From assembly GCA_002633005.1 (NCBI GenBank), contig NMRA01000344.1:1-64000 (forward strand): 64,000 nucleotides of DNA, in the 5' to 3' direction. Of the stretch, positions 39,068-52,752 are shown one piece after another (within the stretch, counting starts at the first letter, position 1; every line of letters begins with the position of its first letter). This stretch comes from Phoronis australis (lineage: Eukaryota; Animalia; Phoronida). The position numbers were made by a program, and so were the translations under genes. Below the pieces are notes generated by a model. It had not been told where the DNA came from. It saw only the letters and a program-made list of their open reading frames with translations, and did no database searches.

Positions 39068-41340
39068 TGGCTTTACGGATTTTTGTTAAATGCACGACAC
39101 TTTTCATTGTTCAGTCTTTATTCCGTTACGTTCGTACTTTCGGAACAAAACTCTACTCTCGACTGAACATAGATACAGTANATATTTCGAAACATACTTG
39201 TTTCATTCTCAAGTGAAGATAAAATGACGCAATAATGCCACTACAGAGTAAAAACTGACGACACACACAGTGAGACACGGCGGGTGTGAAATACTGCAAA
39301 GAATGACTAATGAACGGGGGTAACAGGAAAGTCACGCAAACAAGTGTAACGTGCGGCGCGACCCCGTTTGCTGCTCATTCAAAACAGGCTTCTCAAAAGC
39401 AATTAAAAGGGACTCTAATACTTTCAAACACAGCACATCTTGCTCCACGTAGCGAATTGACGTGTTTTCCACAGTTTCTCGACGGGTGATTTTACCTGTG
39501 TGACATTGCAGAAAATGATCCTGGGTGGTGCCATTTTGAAGATGCATGGATAACGGACGGGAAAGACTGCAAACCGTGTGACCAATGTAACATTGTTTGA
39601 CGTTTGAACGAAGACATTTGTTCTTAGGGCATAAACAACACTACACTGTGCAACGGGGCGGACTTTCGCCTTAGAAATGTTATTTTTCATGACCAAGTTG
39701 GAGTACTTCCTATTCCGATAATAAATAATAACATCGAAGTAATCACCAGGCTTACAAACTTTAACATTTTCCCTTGTAATTTTCTTCATGGCGTGTTCGT
39801 CCTGGAGGTAATTATTAAACATGACATTTTTGTAAAATATCTTTTTGGTGACACCGGTCCGACGTGCATGGACTTCATAGCTAATTCTGGACACAAATCG
39901 CTTAATATGGAAATCCACAAAAGCATTGGTTAACCCATTATTCACCAGAGTTTGTCCAATGCGATCTACCTCTTGATTGAACAGCAAAAAGTTGGACGAC
40001 ACCGAATACGTCCTCTTTAGGAAGTTGACCACAACGGCGAACCTTATACCGCTCAGGGCACTCACTTTTGTTGAGACAGAAGCCTTTATCAGTAGGCTTG
40101 TTGTAAACTGATGTAGAAAATTCAGATGGAGAATGGTTCACAAGAACGTCCAAAAACGGAATCTTGTCATTTACAGGAAGCTCGTGGGTAAACTTCAAAA
40201 TAGAGTGGCGCTCAAGTCCATCAGGTACTGATAACAAGTCATCAAAGGCACAATAAACAAAATATCATCAACATAACGTACATGGATAGGAGTACCACCA
40301 ATCACATTGTTAGCCCTTTTTTTTCACTTCAGACATATAAAATTCCGAGAAAGTGGGACCCAGAGGAGAGCCCATGCTCACACCATCTTTTTGCAAAAAC
40401 AATTTGCCATTTATATGGCGAAATGGTACTTTGGTTGTGCAGATGGTCAATAACTCTCTCATATGAGTTGGTGAAATGTCGGGTGGCTTTAAATGTGCGT
40501 GACGTTATACACTATCCAAAATGATAGTAATGGTCTCATCCACCGGTACGTTGGTGAACAAAGACTTAGCGTCAAGCGACATAGGTTGGTAATGGAGGGT
40601 AACTGAAAACTTGCTCTCGAAGTACAGCCAGTTCAAGTTACACGACCGGGCAACTATTATCGGAATAGGAAGTCCCCCTACTTGGTCATGAAAAATAACA
40701 TTTCTAAGGCGAAAGTCCGCCCCGTTGCACAGTGTAGTGTTGTTTATGCCCTAAGAACGAATGTCTTCGTTCAAACGTCAAACAATGTTACATTGGTCAC
40801 ACGGTTTGCAGTCTTTCCCGTCGGTTATCTATGCATCTTCAAAATGGAGCCATCCAAGATCATTTTCTGCAATGTCACGCACGTAAAATCATCGTCAAGA
40901 AATTATGGAAAACACGTCAATTCGCTACGTGGAGCAAGATGTGCTGCGTTTGAAAGTATTAGAGTCCTTTTTAATTGCTTTTGAGAAGCCTGTTTTGAAT
41001 GAGCAGCAAACAGGGTCGCGCCGCACGTTACACTTCTTTGCGTGACTTTCCTGTTACCCCCCTTCATTAGTCATTCTTTGCAGTATTTCACACTCGCCGT
41101 GTCTCATTGTGTGTATCATCAGCTTATACTCCATGGTGGCATTACTGCGTCATTTTATCTTCACTTGAGAACGAAACAAGTATGTTTCGAAATGTCGTGT
41201 GTCTTGTAATTATGTCGCTAGGTCAGATACTGTATCTATGTTCAGTTGAGAGCAGAGTTTGTTCCGAAAGTACGAACGTAACGGAATAAAGACTTTAAGC
41301 AATGAAAAGCGTCGTGCATTTAACAAATTCTGTATAACCG
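39068..41340 (-). mobile_element. Penelope-like element, 5'-truncated, with inverted terminal (pLTR) copy
   Basis: Minus-strand RT relics SLDAKSLFTNVPVDETI, RYVDDIF, LKFTHE...IPFLDVLV, TSVYNKPT, then VVY of a decayed GIY-YIG; about 39070-39725 is the reverse complement of about 40655-41340. Confidence 0.88.
41161..41200 (+). ncRNA. Minimal hammerhead-ribozyme-like motif in the Penelope pLTR
   Basis: CAC-TTGAGAA-C-GAAACA(AGTA)TGTTTC-GAAA-TGTC-GTG: stem I CAC/GTG, variant core, stem II hairpin, GAAA, GUC site; second copy on the minus strand at about 39182-39216. Confidence 0.5.
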
Positions 41341-41633
41341 AAAACGTGCTCCCGAAGTACAGCCAGTTGTGTCTTTACGGTACTTTTAAACAGAGTTTAT
41401 GAGACGAAATCGAAGGGTTTTAAATCTAGCGACATGTTAACTGTCACAAACTCGCCAGGATGCATTGAAACTAACACTATTTGGCGACAAAAACAAAAAA
41501 AATATTTTACATGGGGCCCTTTCCAACCTCCCCACGTTCGCCGCAGCGCGCCTCGTATTCCCGCTTCGCGCGAATCCTGAACCCCCTTACTGAAAATGAA
41601 GATCCTCCACCCGACGGCTGTCAATGAACTCAC

Positions 41634-41745
41634 ATGGCGCCTTGGTTGATTGACCTCCGCCAACAATCCCGCCAGACACAGTTGTCTCACAACGGGGCGG
41701 TGCATACCCGTTATCACAGTGACAACTCCCTTTGTTATCGCATAC
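41634..41745 (-). CDS. ADAM-like gene exon: EGF-like domain and linker
   Basis: TTCCAG acceptor, GTGAGT donor; 112 nt, phase 0-1; VCDNKGSCHCDNGYAPPRCETTVSGGIVGGGQSTKAP (ADAM-type GHGVCnN...CHC..GwaPP.C). Confidence 0.93.
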
Positions 41746-43078
41746 CTGGAAGCAGGTAAAGACTGTTAATGGCTTGCACATCTACGACAGTGATTAGTCC
41801 TGCTAGACATGCTGTTAGTGCAATAACACTTGGGCAATACAGAGTAAGTGATGGTCAAGAGTAGTATTAAGAAGTTCCCTGAGGTTAACGTGAGTGAAAA
41901 TTTGGCATGTGCTCTGTTCTACACGTACACTGAAGTCCCGCCATTTTCAAAGCGCATCCTTGTTCAGTACGTTTTGATACGTAATGCATACGGTACCTTT
42001 CAGGCAAATGAAAGTTGGCAAATGAAAGAAGGCAAAATCGGATTGATAATGACATATTTAAACTTCATTTGTGAAATGTAACAAGACTATTTGGATTCTT
42101 GGCTCCTCTTTCGTCCTGGGGGCAGTTGTGTTTTGTTGATTTAAGGGAGAAATGGTGACATTGCAAATTTTGGTCAGTCTTTGGCATGTCATTCTTTAGC
42201 AAGGCAAAAAGAAATGACTTTGTTGAATTTCTTCATCTTTGAGAAACCTCAGCGAATGTGTTTGCTTGAAGCTATGATTTTCCACGTGTCTTGATACGGG
42301 GGCCCTAAAATGGGGCTTTTGTTGATCCAGACCAGTCAATCGAATTGTGTCCTTAGGTGGCACTAATGAAAAGGTGTAGCCACAAAGTTACGTACGTTCG
42401 TATCCTATACGTTTTATGGAAGACAAAACATGCGACATTCGTGTTGCAGGTGGTGTATTTGGATGAATGTAAGATCAAGGCAACGTGTAGGTTTAAGGTG
42501 AAACACGAATCGGTGGATTCGGTTACAAAAAAAAAATTCACGGGCCGCCGTGAAATCCGAAAGTATGCGTATGTAAACCATTTTACAAGTCACTGATCAT
42601 TTGAAGGCACAACATTTTCGAAAGCCACCAAATTATTTGGTACTGACAATGATTTTTATCAAGCCAATGATAGTTAATGCGACAAATTCAATAAAATTTG
42701 CTAAACCCTTTTGAAAAAGCGACCTTCTGGTGGACTGCAGTCTTTCTTTGATTTATTTCGCTCTAGCAATTTGATCAATTTGGTGTACTTTTCCAAAATT
42801 CGGGAAATCGGCGTCTCGGACCTATAACTGTTCTCATTATCGACCCTTTGGATTAACGAATATTAACTGAACTGGCAACGGAAGTAAGTCAACGATAACG
42901 TGCATTCTCCTTTGCCATTGAAGGTGCGATATGGCTACAGCGTACGGCGGACTGTCGACCTATGCAGTTATGGCTGGCCCCAAAGTAATCCGAAAACAAT
43001 ATTGATGTGCAGCACTCAATGTAGGATATAGCATTAAAAAACTCAAACGAGAATCCAACTTTAACGTCACATAATTAC

Positions 43079-43147
43079 CCCATGTCCGTTGCAATTGCAT
43101 GGATTAGCAATTGAGGCAATGGAAAGACATCTACGGTTGACGCACAT
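43079..43147 (-). CDS. ADAM-like gene exon: end of cysteine-rich domain 2 and start of EGF-like domain
   Basis: TTTTGCAAG acceptor, GTAATT donor; 69 nt, phase 0-0; MCVNRRCLSIASIANPCNCNGHG. Confidence 0.9.
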
Positions 43148-45637
43148 CTTGCAAAAAAGGAGAGTTAGACATGACGAGCTCCACATTGAGAAGTTGGTGC
43201 AAACGTGTAGAGTAAAGAATTGTAACCCAGCAAGGGGTTTGCCATAGCCGACAAAAACATGTTTCGTCAAAAACAGCGTTCCTTACAGGCATAGCACGTT
43301 GTTGTTTATTTAAACTGAAATTGTTCACATTTAATAAAACGCCTCAAGACGACTCACTGCTTCGGTAACTGAAACTAATCTGCCGTGACAGGGACTTAAT
43401 CACCCTGATCTAGAAACAAAAGTTCTAAGCTTAGATATAATTTCCAGTCTAAACACGGAACAAGCTAAAACAGTTCAACGTAGCAAAGTTGAAGCTTGAT
43501 CAAGGTAACAAACATAAAGCGTGTACCGTTTAGAAACAATGTAATGAACTTGTAACTGAAGACATACTACCGATAAATTGTGTAATTAACGATGCGTCAA
43601 ACCTGATTCAAAAGCATTTGGCTGTATTAACAATATTTCGCACGTCTAGCAAAGTACCTTATTTTCACTCTCGGGAAACGTCAAATATGACGTGTATACC
43701 ATGTAGCGAGAAAAAAAGATTTTGTACACCCACCTTCAACAGCTTGGAATCATACATTATTTATCCGAGGTCAAAGGTTACAGAGCTCTAACTTTAATCG
43801 AATCGCATAGCAACAGGTATAGAGCTATTCCGTATTTACCCTAAGTCCTTTCATTCACCTAGATGTCACAATATTGAGTAAACGAGGTGTGCTTAGCGAA
43901 GAAAGGTGTCACGGAAAATGAAGATAAAACGTACAACCGTTGAGAACGAATACCCCGAGTCTCGAGTGGCCGCATCGACTCTGTGGCTTTTTAGTCACAA
44001 ATACAACAAATTCTTAAAAATGACGAATCCTCTCCGAAATTCATTAATTTGATCTGTAATTTGACAGTTCGCTATTTCGATCTCGTTCTCACAGCGCGCT
44101 TTTACCACAGATTCGATTTTTGTTGTTCATTTGGTGCTTGGTTTTTTATATCATTCTCCCCGGTGGGTGGCGTGAATGTACAACGATCTTTTCCCTACTT
44201 AATTACGCACTGCACATTAAGTTGACAATGCGAGTGAATGTTGAAATAGCAAACGAGGTTAAAGAACACTGGAATGAGAAAAACAGACTAAAATGCATTA
44301 TTCGGAGTGGTTCTCTGCCACTAAAACAGAATTCAACATGCTCACCGGGTGTTTTATGGTTTGTTGTAAAGATTTCTGATTCCTGTTGATGTCAAAGTCT
44401 TTTTTCTTTGAGTTTCAAATTTAAAACACGATGTGTCGATTTTCCCTCAAGGCAAAACTCATTACTTTATTTGGTATGGCATGACACAAACGTAGCAGAC
44501 TTCCCTTATATGGAAAATGTAACGTTTGACTTTTGATCTAAATAAAACAATGGCAACTTCAAGCAGAATCCAGTCCGACTGACAGGCGATTAATGTAAGT
44601 CCATAATTAGTTACAAAGGTATCGTAGTATTTGAAGTGCACTTGGAATTATTTTTGTGGTCCATCTTAGATTCGGAGTGCGATCACCAATGATAATGTAC
44701 CGTTAATATCTATCTTGTGAGTCACCTGTTTGTAGAATGACTACGAGCCAATTCGTCATTTATTTAACTGAGAGGGAGGTTAGTGTGTGTGTTACCTACA
44801 GAGTTTTTCCTTCACGTGTATTTCAAAAATCGTAAATTTCAGGGATTTTTTTCAGGAAATTTCGTGACAGGGAAAGTGGATAACTCTATGGTAGATGTGC
44901 GAGATGGTACTTTTTTCAGGAATTGTTAAATAAATATTTTGACGAGCTTTCGCGTTTCATGCCTGTTTAAGGCATGCATACACTATATTTCAGCAAAAAC
45001 AAGTTTTCACCAAATAATTAAGCGATATCCGTCCGATTCTGAAGACTAACAACGTTTTCGGTATTTAGTCGGCTTTAGCAAGTCGATTTCCTTTGAACTT
45101 CATAACACGAGTTCCCTAAAACGGGTCGGTGAATTTAACTGAAACAGAAATTTTATTATTCATTCAGCAGCCTCAAAAAAATCTATTTTCATTTTGAAGG
45201 CTTACTTTTTGCGCACCGTAAGAAAGACGAATACGATTGATATTTTTTCATAAAAATATATTACGTCTTGCGTGATTAACTTGACATAGAAACAAAACCA
45301 ACGGTCAAAAAATCCTAACAGCCTTTTTGGGGGTAAATTGTGAAGCGTTTATTTAAAAGGGATTCATTAAAATCGACCAAGTGGCTATTTTGTTATGAAC
45401 GTACCTTTCTAAAAATGAAGTTTTGACTTAAAGAGGTGGTAACGTAATAATAGCACTGGCACATAAATATACAAACTATTTATAATCTCTGATCCCTTTT
45501 TTAGAATATGTAATGTATATATGCAGGTATCAGAATACCAAAGAAAGCCACTGACAATTTTATTATTTATTTCTTGAATGGAAAAAGTGTTTCACGTTTA
45601 ATCTTTGGTCAAAATGTAAACTGGAAAAAATAACTAC

Positions 45638-45812
45638 CTTTCCATGGCCACAGCTTTTGCCGTTGGGAGCCATTGCATTGTCATCCAACTCCTCGTCGTT
45701 CGCCCACACAGAGTAACATCCGTCAGATATCGACTTATTGTAACCATTCTTAAACATGCCGTCCAGATTGGCGAACATATACGTACAGTGAAGACGGCCA
45801 CATTGAACGTCA
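45638..45812 (-). CDS. ADAM-like gene exon: cysteine-rich domain 2, part b
   Basis: TTCCTTCAG acceptor, GTAGTT donor; 175 nt, phase 2-0; DVQCGRLHC...MAPNGKSCGHGK. Confidence 0.92.
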
Positions 45813-48038
45813 CTGAAGGAAAGACGAGGTATTGAATGTAACGCTGTCTTCGTCACTAATCCACGCAAAATGATTATCCAAAAACCTTCTCAGAGCCTAA
45901 CCAGTACGTTTGTCCTAGATACTGTTTCAAAAATATCACTTTTGTACCGCATGCGATACAATACAGGTCTCAGAAGGATGAATTTAATTGACTGCTGTGT
46001 GCAGTATAACTGTATTTAAACATATCTGAAAGAGAGGCCTCAGATCTAGCTCAATTCCGTTTCTAGATTGGGAATTTCCCCAATGAATTTCACCTTCTAG
46101 TTGGTCTCTACAGCAAAAAAGTTCTCCCTCATCCAAAACAATTGACCAGAACCTCCCGTCTAAATATCGAGAGGTGAAATCCCAGCTCCTAGCTTAGTTA
46201 AATAGGATTTGCGGCACCTTGGAAAACGTACACACAGTTCCAATCCGTCATTTGTTTTCACTCCAACACTGTTCTGGTCGACCTTCATATCTTAATATGG
46301 AATTCTGCTAAAGACATAGCCTGTCAAAGATCACAAAGTCTAACATATTCATCAAATTTAAATGTTTTTGTCACGTTTGCACCCATATTCTCTTGGCATG
46401 TTACAGACGCAAAAGAAAGCTTGCTTGGTAATTTCCAAATCGGTAAACGGTTCCAGAGACAAACAGCATCTTCATGTTGCTATTATCGCCAGTCGGAAAA
46501 CCGTTGTCGTGTGAAAAGTGGTTAGAGGTAAATTCATGAACCCCAAAACTTAGTCTTGGGGACCGCGGCCATCTAACGATACTCAAGACGTGATTGGAAA
46601 ATTCACCAATGGCATCGTTTGATGTTGAAAAAATGGCAAAAGGCACGTCATTCATAATTTTAAATGTGAGTTCCTAGTTACGTTTTGGTCATGTGATCAG
46701 AGTATTAGTGCGTACAACTTCAAACTTAGGAAAACCGGGAGTAACGTCAAACGGCGGAACGTTATTCTGAGTTGTTAAAAAATCTTGTTAAACTGTCAAC
46801 CCTCGAATTCAAAGGTGCGTCTAAAGTTACCAGTTTTCCGCCAATGTCTTATTTTCGTATTCTCCAAACAAGCCTTTATATATCATTTGCTAAACAATTC
46901 GCTTATTACACTGATTCAACACTGCAAATTTGCACCATTCCTTGCAAAATACAATATCATTTGCATACATAACGCAACAGAAAATGCTTACCAATATCAT
47001 TGCCCTTCTAACAAATGTTAAGCTCCAGTACAAAATCATTCATGAAAAAGAATAGAATTTTGGTAACCACAGCACGCCTTGATATAAAACGTGCTTACAT
47101 TCAAATCACTTTTAATTACAAGAAACATTTGATATCGGAATCTGACTGTAAGCTTTAGAGTGCAACAAAACCTGAAAAGACAGAACATTTTCCGCAACAT
47201 TACTGCCTGTATGACTCCATGGAAAAGATGGAATGCTTTCTACAGATATATCAAGTTATCCTCGTTTCACGTTCATTTTGCTCTTAGTCATTGCCGTGGT
47301 CGCATGAACATGATGCACAAATGGTCTGCATCAATAACATTTTCTGAATTGACGCTTGAGGAGGTTTGGATCAGTACAACTCTTTATACGAACTAGAATG
47401 AACATGATTAATTCCTAGGCGCAATATCAAGAAGATTTACGAAAAGACACTGTTTAAAATGTTGACAAACTTGGGGAACCTAAACGAGACGACATAGTTC
47501 GATAGCACGTACAGTGGTAATACAGGACTAGAGATGAAGGATGATGACCCCTCAGGTTATTACAGGCCGCATGAAGCGGGAACGGCAGGTGTTCCCCATA
47601 ATTTTCAAGCGACAGGGTGAAACCGGTGAGACCGCAAAAGCGTAGGTCCAAGGACACGGAGTAGTCACGAAAGGAATGGTACTTCAATAAATGGTTTTTG
47701 CCCTTACCCCCAACCAACAGTTCTCGCGTTTATGACCAGGGGCGAGCGAAATGTTTGACGTCCTGCAGGAGGCGTAGAAATACATGTAGAGACGCTGAGG
47801 ATGAATCTGGAATTTGAGACTACACGAGTGTAAAAGTTTGCCGAAATCAAATTAGTTTGTACCGTCAATTCACTTACTGCTGGCCCGTATTATGAGTTTA
47901 CAGCTTATTGAAATATTGAGGCAACATACAGTTAGCTTAGAACACGAAGTTACCGAGGCCAGTGCAGGATCCCTAGACATCAATTTCACGACTGTAAGAA
48001 TGACAATATGACGTCAGTAAAAGTCAAGTAATACTTAC

Positions 48039-48202
48039 TCGCTATGGCAAGGAAGGAACGAACGACTGCTGAAATTGTACCCACAATTCCCTCTAATATC
48101 GCCGTGCATGTTGAGGTTGGAGCACTCGACGTTTGCACTAGACCCGCCATATATTAAACACCAATCGACCATTCCATCGCACGAACCGTTGAAGCAGTGG
48201 GC
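48039..48202 (-). CDS. ADAM-like gene exon: cysteine-rich domain 2, part a
   Basis: TAG acceptor, GTAAGT donor; 164 nt, phase 0-2; AHCFNGSCDGMVDWCLIYGGSSANVECSNLNMHGDIRGNCGYNFSSRSFLPCHS. Not in the ORF track. Confidence 0.9.
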
Positions 48203-48399
48203 CTACCATGGATAATTGTTCGTGATTATTTGCAAACTATTTCGATCATACATATGTAGACAGTTTTCGAAATAACCCGTATTCAAGGAAACCAGCCTTT
48301 CAGAAAATGTTATGAGCTTTCAGTTACACTAACATAGACACATAAACATTATTTCCCTTAGTCTTCTAAATCTACTTGAGAGTTGGTGTTCAAAATTTA

Positions 48400-51300
48400 A
48401 TTACTCTGCCCGTGTAAGCGCAGAGTACTGTTGTTCCTGGGTTTTCTTCAATTTTATTACTCTGCGCGTGTAAGCGCAGAGTACTGTTGTTCCTGGGTTT
48501 TCTTCAATTTTAATCTTATTCTTATTCTTATTTTTCTTATTACTCTGCGCGTTTAAGCGCAGAGTACTGTTGTTCCTGGGTTTTCTTCAATTTTATTACT
48601 CTGCGCGAGTAAGCGCAGAGTACTGTTGTTCCTGGGTTTTCTTCAATTTTAATCTTATTCTTATTACTCTGCGCGTGTAAGCGCAGAGTACTGTTGTTCC
48701 TGGGTTTTCTTCAATTTTATTCTTATTACTCTGCGCGTGTAAGCGCAGAGTACTGTTGTTCCTGGGTTTTCTTCAATTTTATTCTTATTCTTATTCTTCT
48801 TATTCTTCTTATTCTTCTTCCGACCAACTTTGAGGCTTAATAACTCCAAATTGGGTGCAGGTACGGTCTTTAAATTCAGCATATGACTTTTGACAGTATA
48901 TAAATTTTGATTGGTTATATAATCATATTCCATATTGCACCGGAAGAGGTCGTTTGGTGCAAAGGTCATATAATTTTCAAAATGCTACTCCTCCTTCAGT
49001 TTTAAAGCTATCTTTTTCAAATTCGGTGCACAGGTATAAGTCAACATGACAATTTAAAAAATTACTTTTCTAAGTAATCGGGTCATCCAATCAGGTGAAA
49101 TAGGTCAAAGGTCATTAGGTGCAAACTAAAATTTTGAGCTAGACACTTCAAATTGACAGGTCTGATTGCCACAGGTAAATCAAATCGGAATCCAAAGTTT
49201 CAGGTCATTTAGTGCAAACATGGGGTCATTAGGTGCATTTTTCTTCTGAAAATTTGACCTTTTCAATCAGCAAGTATTCTGATGTGTCAACCGTTAGACA
49301 ACTGTGATTCTCAGCGTTAAACACATTTTCCATGGGCTTTGCAATAATTCTCCTAAAGATGCTTAAAATGCACCGGATAAGGTCAGTTAGTGCAAAGGTC
49401 ATGTAACGTTCAAAATGTTATATCTCGTACGTTTTTCAAGGAATTCTTTTCAATTTCAGCACACTGGTGTAAGTCAACATGCCAAGTGAATACCCTACTT
49501 TACTTCGCAATAAGCCTAACCAATCAGAAAAATAGGTCAAAGGTCATTGAGTGCAAACTAAAATTTTGAACTAGAGACTTCAGAATAACGTATCTGTTTA
49601 CTAAGTGCGATTGAGTTTGAATTCTAAATTTTCAGGTCATTTAGTGCACCCATGGGGTCATTCTGAAAGTTTGACCACTTCATTCATCTTGTATTCTGAA
49701 GTGCTTAAAGTAAAACATCTGTTATTATTAGCATTAACCACACTTTTAATCGAGTTAACATTTACTCCCTCATCGGGGCTCATAATGCAACGGAAGAGGT
49801 CAATTAGTGGAAAGGTCATCAAAAATTAATATGTAATTTCTCCTACAATTTTAAACAATTCCTTTTCATATTGCTAAACGGGTTGCTGTCAGTAAATTCC
49901 CATAATATTTCCAGTAATACGCACGCGCAGAGTCCGTTATTATCACGCCGTGACAATAATCTTTCTAGTTCTTATTCTTCTTATTCTTTTTCCGACCAAC
50001 TTTGAGGCGTAATAACTACAAATTGGGTGCATGTACGGTCTTTAAATTCAGCATATGGTTTTTGACAGTGTATAAATTTCGATTCGTTATATAATCATAT
50101 TCCATATTGCACCGGAAGAGGTCGTTTGATGCAAAGGTCATATAATTTTCAAAATTCTACTCACTTTTAAAGCTATCTTTTTCAAATTCGGTGCACAGGT
50201 ATAAGTTAACAATACAATTTAAAAAATTAATTTTCTAAGTAATCGAATCATCCAATCAGATAAAACAGGTCAAAGGTCATGAGGTGCAAACTAAAATTTT
50301 GAGCTAGACACTTCAAATTCACAAGCCTGATTGGTACGTCCAATTCAATTCGAAATATAAAGTTTCGGGTCATTTAGTGCAACCACAAGGTCATTAGGTG
50401 CATTTTTCTTCTGAAAATTTGTCCTATTCATTCACCAACTATTCTGATGTGTGGACTGTTAGACAACTGTGATTCTCAGCATTAAACACACTTTTACGGG
50501 CTTTTCAATAATTCTCCTTAAGCTGCTTATAATCCACCGGATAGTGTCAATTAGTGCAAAGGTCATCTAACGTTCAAAATGTTATATCTCCTGCATTTTT
50601 CAAGGAATTCTTTTTAATTTCAGCACACTGGTGTAATCCAACATGCCAATCAAACACCCTACTTTACTAAGCAATAGGTCCATCCAATCAGAAAAAATAG
50701 GTCAAAGGTCATTAAGTGCAAACTAAAATTTTGAGCTGGAGACTTCAAAATTACATAGTTGCTTAGTAAATGTGATTGAGTTTGAATTCTAAAGTTTCAG
50801 GTCATTTGGTACATCCATGGGGTCATTAGGTGTATTTTTCTTCTGAACGTTTGACCAATTCCTTCATCTTCTATTCAAAAGTGCTTAAAGTAAGACATCT
50901 GTCATTCTTAGCATTAACCACACTTTTAATCAAGTTTACACTTATTCCCTCGTCGAGGCTCATAATGCACCAGAAGGGGTCAATTAGTGCAAAGGTCATC
51001 AAAATATTCAGATGTAATTTCTCATACAGTTTTAAAGAATTCCATTTGATATTAGTAAACAGCTTGTTGTTAATAATTTTCCATAACAAGTCCAGTAATA
51101 CGTACGCGCAGAGTCCATTATTGTCACGTCGTTACAATAATCTTTCTAGTTCTTATTATTCTAATTCTTCCTTCCTTTCAGATTGCTATTACTCTTACAT
51201 AGATTTATTAAGAACAATCATGTTCATTGAGGTTAATTCGATGATCAAGGGATTTTTAATGATTATAATGTTTCGACCCAAAATGCATCAGAATGACCCG

Positions 51301-52076
51301 AAGGTGGTCAAGGAGGTTTGTTTGTAAAAATGTTTCTTCTACAGGTTTTGAGATAGACTTTCCAAATTTTGATAACAAGTAGGCACTAGAGAAGTGCATA
51401 CGAAATTTACCTGGAATTCAAATTGGATCGAGGGAACCGAGTTTACGGGTCAAAGTGCAAAAATGGTTAACGGATCGCCAAACACGATTTACGGACAAAA
51501 TCTAGATGTCAGCTGACCCAGGAAGCCGATGGGTCTGTGACCCGTGTTTGGGGGTGCGTTAACCGTGTTTCCTCGTGACTATGAGTCTGTGTCCAGTGTA
51601 TTTGGGTGCGTGGATCGTGTTTTGTGAGTCCGTTCCCGTGTTTGTAGGTCCGCGAGTCGTGTTCATGCGTCCGTGCCCGTGTTTATGAGTCTGTTGATCG
51701 TGTAGTTTAGGTGCCTTGATATAAGTGCACAAAGAACTTACATGGAATTTTGATCTGATCAACTGAAACTAATTTTTGGGTCAATGGTCAGTAAGTAAAA
51801 CAGCGATTTTTGAGCCTGACCTTCCATAATCACGTAAATGATTTCCATTCGTAAACTAAGTTGAGTAACAAACTTTGGAGTAATAAGGTGCAACTGTGGG
51901 GTCATTAAGTGCAGTTTTCCGTTGATAATCTAACTTTCCCAACCTGCTCTTTCACAGTTTCCAGGGACAACTATCTTTTTCAAACAAGGACACAACTACT
52001 ACACAATGTAATGCACCTATAAGTTACTATGCACGCGCAGAGTTGTAAGTGCGCATACGCAATTGCATTCTAGTTT
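48400..52076 (+). mobile_element. Stack of Helentron/HINE-like elements, family B
   Basis: Six copies of the 5' hairpin CTCTGCGCGTGTAAGCGCAGAG (48400-48780), a TTC/TTA microsatellite, then three bodies each ending ACGCGCAGAG + hairpin + TTCTAGTT (about 49970, 51151, 52076); bodies 1 and 2 are homologous. Confidence 0.8.
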
Positions 52077-52752
52077 ACAATTGTCATTCGATCATATCAT
52101 GCCCGATTGTCTTACGATATCCTGCTCAACACTTTTACTGAGAATGCCTCGAAAGTACTGCTGGTAGACGATAATATGGGATCGGCAAGCATCGTGCTGG
52201 TGTATACATCCAGGGTTCAAACGTTGGTGAAACTGCCTAATTCTTTCAAACTTGGTTCTGACCATTTACACACTTCGACAAAGGCGGGTTAAAAACAAGC
52301 AAGGGTCAAACATACAAATACCCATAAAGTTCTATTACATTTTCGCGTAAATATAACTTTTATTCTGTTACCAAGTAATTCGTAGCCTCGTTTATTTCCT
52401 TTTTGGTGCATTCTAATAATATAACAATATTGAAATCTTTTGGTTTTGCATGACAAAACAGTCAAAATACTTGGAGGCTCGGTTTCCTAGGAGGCGGTTA
52501 GATTTTCTTTATGTAACTGTCTTGGGTGTTGCTTTTTCATGTAGTGACTCTTCAAATTCCACGAAATAGAGAGCGAGAAAAAGACATTTTGCACGCCAAG
52601 AGTAAGGTATAATAATTGCGAAGAGCGAAAATATTTCAACCCAAAAAGAAAATGTAGCCTAGAAATCAGGCATTTGCGACGCGCTATGTTCCACAGTAAA
52701 TATACCTCCTTTTCACATGAATGAATGGTTCCAATATGCACCAGCTGCTTAC

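Noticed and set aside
48400-48790. Palindromic repeats resembling a CRISPR array
   Set aside because: The intervening sequence is constant or microsatellite; the unit is the 5' end of a Helentron-like element.
50830-51327. 165-aa ORF
   Set aside because: Lies wholly within the family B repeat, and the homologous copy at 49605-49829 does not keep the frame.
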